From positions 1-64,000 of the IMG/VR virus record IMGVR_UViG_3300025009_000051: a stretch of DNA of 64,000 nt, one strand, 5' to 3'. The notes beneath the pieces were generated by a model, which saw nothing but the letters and a program-made list of their open reading frames with translations, did no database searches and was not told the DNA's origin. Shown here in pieces: positions 18,772 to 28,311 of the stretch (its first letter is position 1; each line of letters starts with the position of its first letter). The position numbers and the translations under genes were made by a program. This stretch comes from a virus.

Positions 18772-19326
18772 TTAATTTTTATATCCACCCGAATTTCCAA
18801 ATCCTCCTCTATCTTTATCATCTAAATTATCTACTTCTACAAATTTAATTTTAGAATTAAATAACCATCTTAATTTAACATACCAAGGAGCGTTCATGCT
18901 GATTCTAATACTAAATTGGCATATTCGTTCTCCTTCTGAAATTATAGTATCGTTTAAAGCTATGACAGAATATTTCCAGATATCAAATGTACCCGAGTAC
19001 GCATCATCAATAACAGCATAATGATTTCCTTGTATCAATCCTTTCTTTAAAAATAGACTACTTCTTGGAACAATATTAGCTTCAAAATATTTTGGTAATT
19101 TCATTGATACACCAAGTGGAACTAATTTAGAATCAAATTCAGTAATATAAAATCTATTTTCTTCTATACTATTGTATGAACTTTTCATTAAATCAAACCC
19201 AACAGGATATTTTTCTATTTGTTTAGGATAATTTAACTCAATTGTTTCTGCACTTTTTAAATCTATCCAATTTCCGTGCTGTTCAATTTTACAATTCTGA
19301 TTATGATACTTGATTTTTATTTTCAT
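18772..19326 (-). CDS. dut: Trimeric dUTPase
   Basis: WIDL, IVPRSS, AVIDDAYSG, GERICQF and RGGFGNSG motifs. Confidence 0.9.
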   Translation of the reverse strand: MKIKIKYHNQNCKIEQHGNWIDLKSAETIELNYPKQIEKYPVGFDLMKSSYNSIEENRFYITEFDSKLVPLGVSMKLPKYFEANIVPRSSLFLKKGLIQGNHYAVIDDAYSGTFDIWKYSVIALNDTIISEGERICQFSIRISMNAPWYVKLRWLFNSKIKFVEVDNLDDKDRGGFGNSGGYKN

Positions 19327-19335
19327 ATATTTCTT

Positions 19336-20025
19336 TTAGTTTAAAATTTCTATGTATTCTGGTTGAATGTTATCTAATGTATATATTCCATCAATAAAAT
19401 TTGGGTCTTTAAAAAATCTAATATTTGATAATAAATCACTGACTCTCATTTTTAAAATGATTAAAGGTTCTGCAGAATAACTCCCTAAATTTTTAATTAA
19501 TTTTTCTGTATTCTTTAAATCGGTTATAAAATAAATTCTATTTAGATGTTTGTCTCTTTTACTTTTTGATTTTGGATATAATCCTTTTTCTTTTATTTTC
19601 TTAAGATTTATTTCAGAAGTGATATGATAAATAAAATTTAATTTATCTTTATTTATTTCAATATCATATTTTGCTTCTAAGATTAAAATTAAATATTCAT
19701 AGTCTGATAACAATACCTTATTAAATAGTTCTTCATTAAATTTTCTTTTTTGAATATCTTTATTTCCTAAATATTTTATTTGAAATTGAGATACAAACCA
19801 TCCCAAATTATTAATCAAAGGAAATAATTTATCAATATTATCTAATTTAATTATTTTTAATTCTATTGTGTTTTTATCTTTGTCTACTTTAAAAATCTTA
19901 TAATCATTGTTTTGAAGAATAGAAATTGAATTTTCTATAGAATGAGTTATAATTAATCCTTCATATAATTTAGTATTGTTATATAAAGATAAATCAGATA
20001 ATATTTCTTTTAATTTAATTTCCAT
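19336..20025 (-). CDS. Tpt1/KptA-like ADP-ribosyltransferase-fold protein (paralog 1)
   Basis: IYHIT....IKEKGLYPK...RIYFIT...FKDPNF..GIYTLDNIQPEYI; paralog of 23678..24436. Confidence 0.6.
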   Translation of the reverse strand: MEIKLKEILSDLSLYNNTKLYEGLIITHSIENSISILQNNDYKIFKVDKDKNTIELKIIKLDNIDKLFPLINNLGWFVSQFQIKYLGNKDIQKRKFNEELFNKVLLSDYEYLILILEAKYDIEINKDKLNFIYHITSEINLKKIKEKGLYPKSKSKRDKHLNRIYFITDLKNTEKLIKNLGSYSAEPLIILKMRVSDLLSNIRFFKDPNFIDGIYTLDNIQPEYIEILN

Positions 20026-20291
20026 TTTCTTGTAATTCTTAAATATTTTGGACCTTTATTTAAATATTTATATTCTTTACCATTATATCCAGATAAAGGT
20101 TTTACCCAATATTGAATACTATACCAATATATAGTTTGAATCTTTCCAATTGCTCTGGCAGAAAGCACTCCTCCTTCCATTAAATCGTAACTTACTGGTT
20201 CATATTTTATAATACAATTTTCTTCACATTTGGTTAATCTGATAAAAAACCACTGTAAGATAATTCTGTTTAATAATTTCATTGGTTTCAT
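20010..20291 (-). CDS. Hypothetical protein
   Basis: ORF in minus-strand operon. Confidence 0.55.
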   Translation of the reverse strand: MKPMKLLNRIILQWFFIRLTKCEENCIIKYEPVSYDLMEGGVLSARAIGKIQTIYWYSIQYWVKPLSGYNGKEYKYLNKGPKYLRITRKWKLN

Positions 20292-20322
20292 ATGTTTATA
20301 TTTTAATTTTTAATTAATATTT

Positions 20323-22342
20323 TTATCCGCACAAGCTGGCCCCGCAATCCAAGCATCTAAGGCAACCGTCTGTATAAATTAAATTTGAACTACCACAATT
20401 CTCGCACGTTTGTCCTTTAGCTTCTACTCCATCTTTAACAAATTTTTTCAATATCCTTATAACTCCTTTTTTCCAAGTTGTCATAATAAATTGTTCATCA
20501 TTTTCAAATTTTAAACTTGCTACCAATTTAATTACATATTCCATTGGATGCCGGTGTCGTAACAATGAACTAATTAATTTAGCCATGTTCCAAGCCTCTC
20601 TATCAAATACTCTATTTAATCCTTGCATTATTACTTCATATCCTTGTTTGTCTTTATAAATGAAGTCATACCTACTTCCATGTCCATTATCTTTAATTTT
20701 TTTAATAATGCCTTCTTCTACATAACCTGGTACATTAAAATCATCTAATTTACCAGTAAAAATTTCATATGGATAAGTTTCTTTTTCTGATTCTTTATAT
20801 ACTCCTATAAATCCAATCCATTGTTCTTTATTATTTTGAAACTGTATAACTTTAGCAACTAATTCAGAAGGTCTTCGTTGAGCATTATTTGTAATAAATT
20901 GCTTTAATTCTGGTTTTTCTGATTCTTTATTTATTAATACTCCAGATCTACTTCCGTCTCGATATATGGTAAATCCTTTACAACCTACTTCCCAGGCTTT
21001 TTTATATAATTCATCTACTGTTTCTACTGTTACATCATTAGGAAGATTATGGGTAACGGATAGGCTATGGGAGACATATCGCTGGATTATTCCTTGCATT
21101 TCTACTTTCTTAATCCAATCTATTTCGTTTGCAGTTGCTTTATAGTATGGTGATTTACTAATAATAAAATCTAAAGTTTTTTCATCTATTGATGTTAAAT
21201 CTGGTTTATAATCTATATCGAACCATTTAGTATTTAATTTAAACCAATTTGAATCATACCATTCAACAAATTTAGGATGAAATACATTATACGTTTCCCA
21301 ATAATCTCCGTTTGCATCTGGCTCCGACGCTCTTGTATCTTTATCGTTTGGATTAATTTTTCTTTTTCTCTTATAAGATATATTAAATGCTGGTTCTAAT
21401 CCTGAAGTTGTTTGTGTCATGAGGGAAACGGAACCTCCAGGAGCTATCGTAGAGATACTAATATTTCTTCTACCATAATATGAATGTAGAGTTTTTAGTT
21501 CTTCATCTAAGCCAAATAAGAAATTCATAAATTCATCATCTTCCTCTAATTCAGGAGTATAATCAGGAAATGCTCCTCTTTCTTTTGCTAATATACAACT
21601 TTGTTTATATTCATTTATTGCTTTTATTTCAAATACTTTTTTTGTAAATTCATTTGCTTCGTCTGTTCCATATCTCAGGTTCATCGCTGCTATCATATCT
21701 CCTAATGCGGTAATTCCTAACCCAGTTCTTCTTGCGTTGAGAGCGTTAGATTTTATTTTTTTCCACAAATTAATTTCTGTTTGTTTTACTATGTCATCCT
21801 CAGGGTCATCTTTTATTTTCTTTAAAATTGAATTTATTTTTTCAATTTCTAAATCTATCACATCATCTAATATTTTTTGTGCATATCCAACATGCAATTT
21901 AAATAAATCGAAATCAAATTTAGAATCATTTTGAAATTTATTAATTACATAATTAAATAAATTTATTGATAATAGAATGCATTCAGAAAAAGGAGACATG
22001 CCAATTTCCTTTTTTTGTTATAAGTATTATTTTAAAAATACTATCTTAAATTTCTTTAAGTGTCGGACTATATCTTCATTTAAAATGTTAAATGCCGGGC
22101 GCTCGTGTTTGGTTTATTGTTAAAACTACTCACCAATTAGTCTCTGAACCTTATTTGATACTATTATGTTTATTCTCAAATTTTGGCTGCTGATTGCCTT
22201 GTATAAAAATATTTAGGTTTCCAGCAATTCACCCGATGTTTTAATTGAGGCAAAATTATCTACCACAATCTACTGATAAAATAGATTTATCAATATAATT
22301 TTTAATTTTCTGCTTTGAGCGTGTTATTTTTTTTATTACCAT
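20323..22342 (-). CDS. nrdJ: Class II ribonucleotide reductase C-terminal half preceded by a 25-aa IntC; join(22342..22262,22008..20323)
   Basis: After intron removal: MVIKKITRSKQKIKNYIDKSILSVD/CGEIGMSPFSECILLSINL...TIAPGGSVS...EGCLRCLDCG, 588 aa. With the 291-aa N-extein this gives an 854-aa NrdJ. Confidence 0.88.
22009..22261 (-). mobile_element. ORF-less group I intron (253 nt) in nrdJ
   Basis: P GAATTGCTGGAAAC (22217-30), Q AATCAGCAGCC (22185-95), R TTCAGAGACTA (22138-48), S AAGATATAGTCC (22065-76). P3 CGGGTG/CGCCCG. P1 exon AUUGUGGU pairs with GCCUCAAU, with U.G at the splice site. Terminal G at 22009. Splicing restores C-G-E-I. Confidence 0.92.
22268..22342 (-). mobile_element. Split intein C-fragment (25 aa, ends ...ILSVD before the +1 Cys)
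   Basis: Sits directly before CGEI; completes the intein whose N-fragment ends without block G at 24436. Confidence 0.75.
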
Positions 22343-23579
22343 AATAGTATTGTTTAAATTGGTTAAAATTATTAAAATATTTATTTATTGTATCTTCACT
22401 AATTCCTAAATTTTTTGGAATTATTTTTTGAGATTTTAATTTCTTAATTTCTATCAAAAATTCCTGCATTTCAATATTTGGATAGTGAGTAAAAATTTGC
22501 GTGCTGGCGTTCACTAATTTATTTTTAAAAACTTTTTTCACCCTTTCTGGAGACATTGTTTTTCTTTTTGTTTTTCCTGTTTGGAGATTATATTTTAAAG
22601 TGCAACCTGAAGAACAAGTTTTTTTATCATTATTTTGTCTATCTTTAAATTCTTTACCGCACATAATACAATTTTTATTTATTATTGGATTTATATTGTT
22701 ATATTTTTCTTGATTCTTTCTACTTCGTTCTTTAGCCTTTTCAGATAATTTTTTAATAATTTCTGGATTATTTTTATAAGTTTCTTTTATTGCGTCGCCA
22801 ATTTTTTTCCTATATAGCGGATCCTCACATCTTTTTTTAGCCTTTTCTCCAATTAATTTTTTTGTCTGTTCACTGCATTTTATACCATACCTTGGATTAT
22901 TTTCTCCTCTGGTATCGATTTGGATTGTAGCAATATTATTCTTCCATTCATTTACATTTTCTTTTATATTTGGATATTGCTTTAAAATATATGCATAACT
23001 TGTTAATATTTCAAATTCGATGTTTAAAGTTTTAAAATATTTTTTAAATATGGTATATTTTTTTAGCAACTCTTTATTTTTTATTTTTCCCGCTTTTATT
23101 TCGTAAATTTTTATTAATTCATTATCTTTATAAATAAAAATGTCCGGTTTATAATTTAATTTATTAACATGATAAATTTCACATTCTGTTTTAATTTTAT
23201 ATTTGGGAGAAGTATATATGTTTAAATAAAAATTTAATAAATGAATATATTCTGCTTGGCTTCTACAAAAATGCTTATTATTGTGTATTGTCAAATAGCC
23301 GGAATATCCTCTACTGTGATTATTTTTATTTATATTTTCATAAATTTTTCTTTGCTTTTCAATTTCAATTATATATTCGCTTTCAATTAAATTTGTCTTC
23401 AATATCCAATACGATTTTGATAATTTTGTATTGGAGGAATTAATAAATTTTATAATTATCTTTGCTTCATTGTCTTCTATTTTATCAAAATTAAAATATT
23501 CTAAAGTCTTTGTTATATGTTTGTCAAATCCAGTTCTTACAGTCAAATTAGATAATTGTTCAAGTTCAATTTTTGTCAT
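22302..23579 (-). CDS. Free-standing homing endonuclease, PD-(D/E)xK (TnsA-N-like) with NUMOD3 and Cys motifs
   Basis: CRSQAE...YKPDIFI...IYEIKAG; GENNPRYGIKCSEQTKKLIG; CIMCGKEF...TCSSGC; own TATATTTAT motif at 23605-23613. Confidence 0.75.
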   Translation of the reverse strand: MTKIELEQLSNLTVRTGFDKHITKTLEYFNFDKIEDNEAKIIIKFINSSNTKLSKSYWILKTNLIESEYIIEIEKQRKIYENINKNNHSRGYSGYLTIHNNKHFCRSQAEYIHLLNFYLNIYTSPKYKIKTECEIYHVNKLNYKPDIFIYKDNELIKIYEIKAGKIKNKELLKKYTIFKKYFKTLNIEFEILTSYAYILKQYPNIKENVNEWKNNIATIQIDTRGENNPRYGIKCSEQTKKLIGEKAKKRCEDPLYRKKIGDAIKETYKNNPEIIKKLSEKAKERSRKNQEKYNNINPIINKNCIMCGKEFKDRQNNDKKTCSSGCTLKYNLQTGKTKRKTMSPERVKKVFKNKLVNASTQIFTHYPNIEMQEFLIEIKKLKSQKIIPKNLGISEDTINKYFNNFNQFKQYYYGNKKNNTLKAEN

Positions 23580-23677
23580 ATATATTTATTTAAAATTATT
23601 ATAAATAAATATATACAAAATACCTTTTTACAGAAATGAAGCTTGTTTTACTTCAGGTTTAATTATTTTTGTAATTT

Positions 23678-24436
23678 TCATAATTCTATAATTTCAATGA
23701 TTTTTATATTTTTTGGGTGTATATTTTCTAAGGTATAATATCCATTTGAAAAATTGGGATCTTTAAATAATCTATCTATCCCATCAGTATTTATTTCATA
23801 TATCACAAATTTATTTTCTTTAACTTTTAGATATTTTTGTATTGGGCGCCCGAGTAATTTTGCATCTTCTATTGTCTTGGAAAAATAAATTCTATCTGGA
23901 TGAGTAGATATTTTATTTTTTGCCTTTGGAGTTAAACCATATTTTTGAATTTTATCTTTGTTATAATAAGGAGAAATATGATATACTTTATTAGGTATAT
24001 CTACTTCTAAATCATATTTAGCTTCTAACACAATTTGAATATAAGAATAGGTATCGACTAATTCTAATATTTGATTTACAATTAATGCGGACCATTTTTT
24101 TCTTTGTACTTTATCTGTAAGGTATATTATTTTTGCGGGAAACCATCCAAGATTATTTATTGTAGATAATATAAGATTAAAATTAGATAAAATAAATTTA
24201 ACATTTTTTTTATTGATTAATAATTCTATAGTATTGTTTTTTTTAGAACAAGATAAATAATTATAAGTAGAATTTAAAATTCTAATACTGGAAGATATAT
24301 CAGTTGTATGAATTAATCCTTCATATAATTTTTGTACTTTATAATCATATTCCATTTCAGATATTAAACTCTCATCTAAGCAGGATCGTTTAAATCTTTT
24401 CAGCCATGATTTAGTAATATTGGTTTGATTTATCAT
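23678..24436 (-). CDS. Tpt1/KptA-like ADP-ribosyltransferase-fold protein (paralog 2), between the nrdJ halves
   Basis: VYHIS....IQKYGLTPK...HPDRIYFS...FKDPNFSNGYYTLENIHP; ATGA overlap with the nrdJ-N stop. Confidence 0.6.
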   Translation of the reverse strand: MINQTNITKSWLKRFKRSCLDESLISEMEYDYKVQKLYEGLIHTTDISSSIRILNSTYNYLSCSKKNNTIELLINKKNVKFILSNFNLILSTINNLGWFPAKIIYLTDKVQRKKWSALIVNQILELVDTYSYIQIVLEAKYDLEVDIPNKVYHISPYYNKDKIQKYGLTPKAKNKISTHPDRIYFSKTIEDAKLLGRPIQKYLKVKENKFVIYEINTDGIDRLFKDPNFSNGYYTLENIHPKNIKIIEIIEL

Positions 24437-25830
24437 ATTAATTCGTGTTTTTCTGTTAATTCATACGCAAATAATTGCCCTTTATCTGTGTTCACTATAT
24501 CAAAATATTTAAATCTAATATTATCATTTATAATAATATCTTCATCTACAATAAATTCTTCTTTATTTAAAATACTAAAAAAATTATAATTGGGAGATGC
24601 AGTTAAATCATATACATCTTCTTTCATATCTGTTTCTATACAATTTAATACTTCTACCAATCCTTCTCCAGATATAATAAATTTACCTATTATATTGTCA
24701 ATTACTACTTCTTCAAAATTTTCATTATAAAATTTATGTTTTGAATTAATTAACATAAATTCACCATTAGAAAATTCAATTTTATACAATTCAGCTTGTT
24801 CTTCTGTTAATAATACATCTTGTAAATCTGAATTATATAATTTACCTTCTTTATCTCTTGTTATTATTTTATAATTGATTTTTTTAAAAGTTTCTAATAA
24901 ATTTTTAATCTTAATCCATCCTAGATTAGTTAATACCAATGTATCTCCAATTACGCAAGGATTTGTGCTTGTGGTTTTATATTGAGGATAACTATCAGAA
25001 GGACTATAATTGACAAGTTTATCCCAAAACAATATTCCTGGTTCTGCACTCTTCCAATTATTTTCTATTAATTTATTCCAAATTTTTCTTGCATCTACTT
25101 CTTTAGTATAAATCGGATTATCTGAATCTATAGGATATTGCTGAGTATAAGTAGTACCATTTATAACCGCATTCATAAATTCATTATCGATTTTAACCGA
25201 AATGTTAGCACCGGTTATTTTATTTGTATCTAATTTTGCATTTATAAAATCTTCTGCATCCATATGTTTAATATGAATTGAAAGCATAAGAGCTCCTCTT
25301 CTTCCATCTTGTGCAACTTCTCTTGTACTATTAGAATATCTTTCCATAAAAGGAACCACTCCTGTAGATGTTAAAGCTGAATTTTTAACAGGTGTACCTT
25401 TTGGTCGTATGTGAGACAAATCATGTCCAACTCCACCTCTTCGTTTCATCAATTGCACTTGTTCTTGATCTGTCATTAATAATCCACCATAACTATCAGC
25501 TTGATTACCTATAACAAAACAATTGCTTAAACTTGTATATTGATTATTATTTCCAACTCCAGACATTGAACCTCCTGCAGGTACTATGTATTTGAATTCT
25601 TTTAATAGTTGATATATTAATTCTTCTGATAATGGATTTTCATATTTTGATTCTATCCTATGTAATTCTTTAGCTAATCTTTTATGCATGTCATCTGGGT
25701 TAGTTTCGAATAAATTTCCTAAACTATCTTTCAAACAATATTTGTTAATCCAGACATTTGTTGCGAGTTCGTCGCCTTTAAAATATTCTAAAGTTTTATT
25801 AAATACTTCTTCTCGAGTATATGATTTCAT
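24433..25830 (-). CDS. nrdJ: Class II ribonucleotide reductase N-terminal half fused to IntN
   Basis: SLSNCFV, MKRRGGVGHDLS, VAQDGRRGALM, GANISV, AEPGILFWD and TSTNP followed by intein CVIGDTLV. Confidence 0.92.
   Translation of the reverse strand: MKSYTREEVFNKTLEYFKGDELATNVWINKYCLKDSLGNLFETNPDDMHKRLAKELHRIESKYENPLSEELIYQLLKEFKYIVPAGGSMSGVGNNNQYTSLSNCFVIGNQADSYGGLLMTDQEQVQLMKRRGGVGHDLSHIRPKGTPVKNSALTSTGVVPFMERYSNSTREVAQDGRRGALMLSIHIKHMDAEDFINAKLDTNKITGANISVKIDNEFMNAVINGTTYTQQYPIDSDNPIYTKEVDARKIWNKLIENNWKSAEPGILFWDKLVNYSPSDSYPQYKTTSTNPCVIGDTLVLTNLGWIKIKNLLETFKKINYKIITRDKEGKLYNSDLQDVLLTEEQAELYKIEFSNGEFMLINSKHKFYNENFEEVVIDNIIGKFIISGEGLVEVLNCIETDMKEDVYDLTASPNYNFFSILNKEEFIVDEDIIINDNIRFKYFDIVNTDKGQLFAYELTEKHELI
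24436..24957 (-). mobile_element. Split intein N-fragment (174 aa)
   Basis: Block A CVIGDTLVLTNLGWIKI, block B-like INSKHKF, block F EDVYDLT..NYNFF; ORF stops without a terminal HN/C. Confidence 0.85.
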
Positions 25831-25835
25831 ATTAG

Positions 25836-27233
25836 TTAAAATTTAGATTGAATTTTTTGGTGCATTTGAAATAATGAATTCACCTTTTTTGAATTATTTT
25901 GATTGTGTTGCTCTACAATTTTTCCTGTTTGTCTATTTAATTCTATTTCTTGACCTTCTTCTGATTCTTCATCATACACCTGTATTTGACCATATTTTAA
26001 ATCTATTGACATTGGATAAGACATTCCGTCGGGACCTACTCTACTTTTTATTATGTGTCCTTTTCCTGTTTTTGAAATTTTATCTTTATTAGTTCTATTT
26101 TGAGACATAACAAAATCAGCATGAAATAATTTCTCCCACGCACCGGATATAGATTTATCTTGAATTATATCTTGCTCATCGGCACTTCCCCTATTTCCTT
26201 GGCTAACGCTGATACAAGGAATATTATATTTTTGTGCAATTTCACCTTTAGCTTCAATATACAACTGTCCTAATATTTGATCGTCTCTTTTATTCTTTCC
26301 AACATTTATTGCTTTCATTAAATCTAAATAATCGATAAATACTTCATCTGGCTCGAATTCAATTGCTCTTGTTTTTTCTATATGTGCTATTAAAGTATTC
26401 ATTGATGCCGACCCCGCAGGATATTCTTTTATTATTAACATTCCTGGAATGTCTTTCAATTTAATTTTTATATCATCTTTATATTTTGTTAATTGTTCTA
26501 CAGGAATACCAGAAAAATAAGTATCAAATCTTTTTGCCACATATTGCGCACTCAATTCAAGAGTATAATAAATTACATTTTTTCCAAGTGTCATTGAATG
26601 TGCAGCCATATTTATCATTGTCCATGATTTTCCACCCCCAGGTTTCCCCACAAAAATCCACAATTCTCCCGCACCCGGCCCTCCTTGTGTGACATCATTT
26701 ATAATAGGCCAAGGAGTTGGAATTGGGTTTCGTAAATCTACTGCATATCTGCTATCTATATCTTTTTTATAATCGTGCCCCAAATTCTTATCTGTTCCAG
26801 CTTGACCGGCTTTCTTTATTATTTCTTGTATTTCATCATATTTTCCTATCTGCAATAAATCTACAGAATCAAGAATAGCTTGTTTTAAAACTTGATTTTT
26901 ACAAAAAGTAATGGTTTCGTCTCTGATAATTTTTAAATCATCTGACTCCATCATTTTATAACTTTCTAATAAATTTATTCTTACAGATTCTTTTAATTGT
27001 TCGTTAGTAATCTTTTCCAAATAAATTTTCATAGCATCTGCCGTGGGTGCTTTATTATACTCGGTGTAATATTCTAAAATTTTAGAAATGATATAACGAT
27101 TTCCTTCATTATCAAAATATTCAGGTAATAAAATATCTGACACTTGAATCAAATAATTTACATCCATCAATAATGAACTTATAACTTTTATTTGGAAACT
27201 GCTACCATAATCTGATAACTTGTCTACTGTCAT
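25836..27233 (-). CDS. dnaB: DnaB-like replicative helicase
   Basis: Walker A GKPGGGKS, YYTLELS, FIDYLDLM and SQGNR motifs. Confidence 0.9.
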   Translation of the reverse strand: MTVDKLSDYGSSFQIKVISSLLMDVNYLIQVSDILLPEYFDNEGNRYIISKILEYYTEYNKAPTADAMKIYLEKITNEQLKESVRINLLESYKMMESDDLKIIRDETITFCKNQVLKQAILDSVDLLQIGKYDEIQEIIKKAGQAGTDKNLGHDYKKDIDSRYAVDLRNPIPTPWPIINDVTQGGPGAGELWIFVGKPGGGKSWTMINMAAHSMTLGKNVIYYTLELSAQYVAKRFDTYFSGIPVEQLTKYKDDIKIKLKDIPGMLIIKEYPAGSASMNTLIAHIEKTRAIEFEPDEVFIDYLDLMKAINVGKNKRDDQILGQLYIEAKGEIAQKYNIPCISVSQGNRGSADEQDIIQDKSISGAWEKLFHADFVMSQNRTNKDKISKTGKGHIIKSRVGPDGMSYPMSIDLKYGQIQVYDEESEEGQEIELNRQTGKIVEQHNQNNSKKVNSLFQMHQKIQSKF

Positions 27234-27290
27234 ATTTTTTATACTTTAAAATAAAAAATCATATAAAAGAGATCAATATCTTTTGTAAGA

Positions 27291-28310
27291 TTAAACTTTG
27301 ATATAATTGGTTAGATTAGAAAATACTTCTGTCACCCATTTTTGAGTATATTTAATTATTGTTCCTTCTAATCCATCTACTGTCGAATATTTTAAAAATG
27401 AAAATGTATTTAATTTTGGTACTTCACTTTCTAATATCTTTTTTATTTCTTCTTTTTGACTTTCAAATAATAATGGTTCTTCTAACTGCATTATTTTATA
27501 ATTCAATTGCATTCGTTCTTTACTATTTTTCATATCAGAAAGAATTTTATATTTATCTAAATCTGCACAAGTATCTAAATAATTGTATATATCATCTACT
27601 GTTCTTCTTTTATCTTCAAATAAAAATGGTATTCTTTTTTGTAATGTTTTTAATCCTACTCCACTAACTCCTGGAATATTATCTGAATTGTCACCATTAA
27701 ATATTTTATGAATTATAAAGTTTTTTGGTATTAAATCAAAATTTTCTTTAATGTAATTTTCATCAATTATGATTTTTTTTGTTGGAGAATAAACGAAAGT
27801 ATCTTCATCTATTAATTGATAAAAATCTTGATCTGTACTCATTATATATTTTTTAGAATTTTTATGAGTATGAACAATATGTGCAATTACATCGTCTGCT
27901 TCTGCATTATCTATCATTACAATGTGAATAGGAAATAATTTTAAATAATCTAATAATCTATTCAACTGTAATTTTATTGCAAAATTTTCTTCTTCTACAG
28001 AATTATATATTGAATTTTTAGGAGCGGTCTTGACAACATTTCTATTAGCTTTATAATCTGGAAATATTGCTTTCCTTTGAGATGAACCATTTACTCCATC
28101 AAATACAACTATACAATGAGTAGGTTTTAATAATTTTATTGCATAACCAAGAGATAATAAGAAACCACCATATCCACCAATAGGAACACCGTTATCATTT
28201 ACAATGTGTGATATAGATGTTCCTCTGATGAATGTATTCATACCATCTACTAATAAGATGTTAGAATCTAGAGTTCTAATTTGATTTGTAAGATTAGAAA
28301 AGAAACTCAT
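27291..28310 (-). CDS. 5'-3' exonuclease / RNase H (PolI 5'-exo/FEN family)
   Basis: LLVDGMN, VVFDG, EADDVIA, STDQDFYQL and GDNSDNIPGVSGVGLKT motifs. Confidence 0.9.
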   Translation of the reverse strand: MSFFSNLTNQIRTLDSNILLVDGMNTFIRGTSISHIVNDNGVPIGGYGGFLLSLGYAIKLLKPTHCIVVFDGVNGSSQRKAIFPDYKANRNVVKTAPKNSIYNSVEEENFAIKLQLNRLLDYLKLFPIHIVMIDNAEADDVIAHIVHTHKNSKKYIMSTDQDFYQLIDEDTFVYSPTKKIIIDENYIKENFDLIPKNFIIHKIFNGDNSDNIPGVSGVGLKTLQKRIPFLFEDKRRTVDDIYNYLDTCADLDKYKILSDMKNSKERMQLNYKIMQLEEPLLFESQKEEIKKILESEVPKLNTFSFLKYSTVDGLEGTIIKYTQKWVTEVFSNLTNYIKV

Positions 28311-28311
28311 A

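Noticed and set aside
21997-21999. MSPFSEC as the start of nrdJ-C
   Set aside because: It would omit the catalytic C-G-E residues; the upstream group I intron and exon at 22342..22262 supply them.
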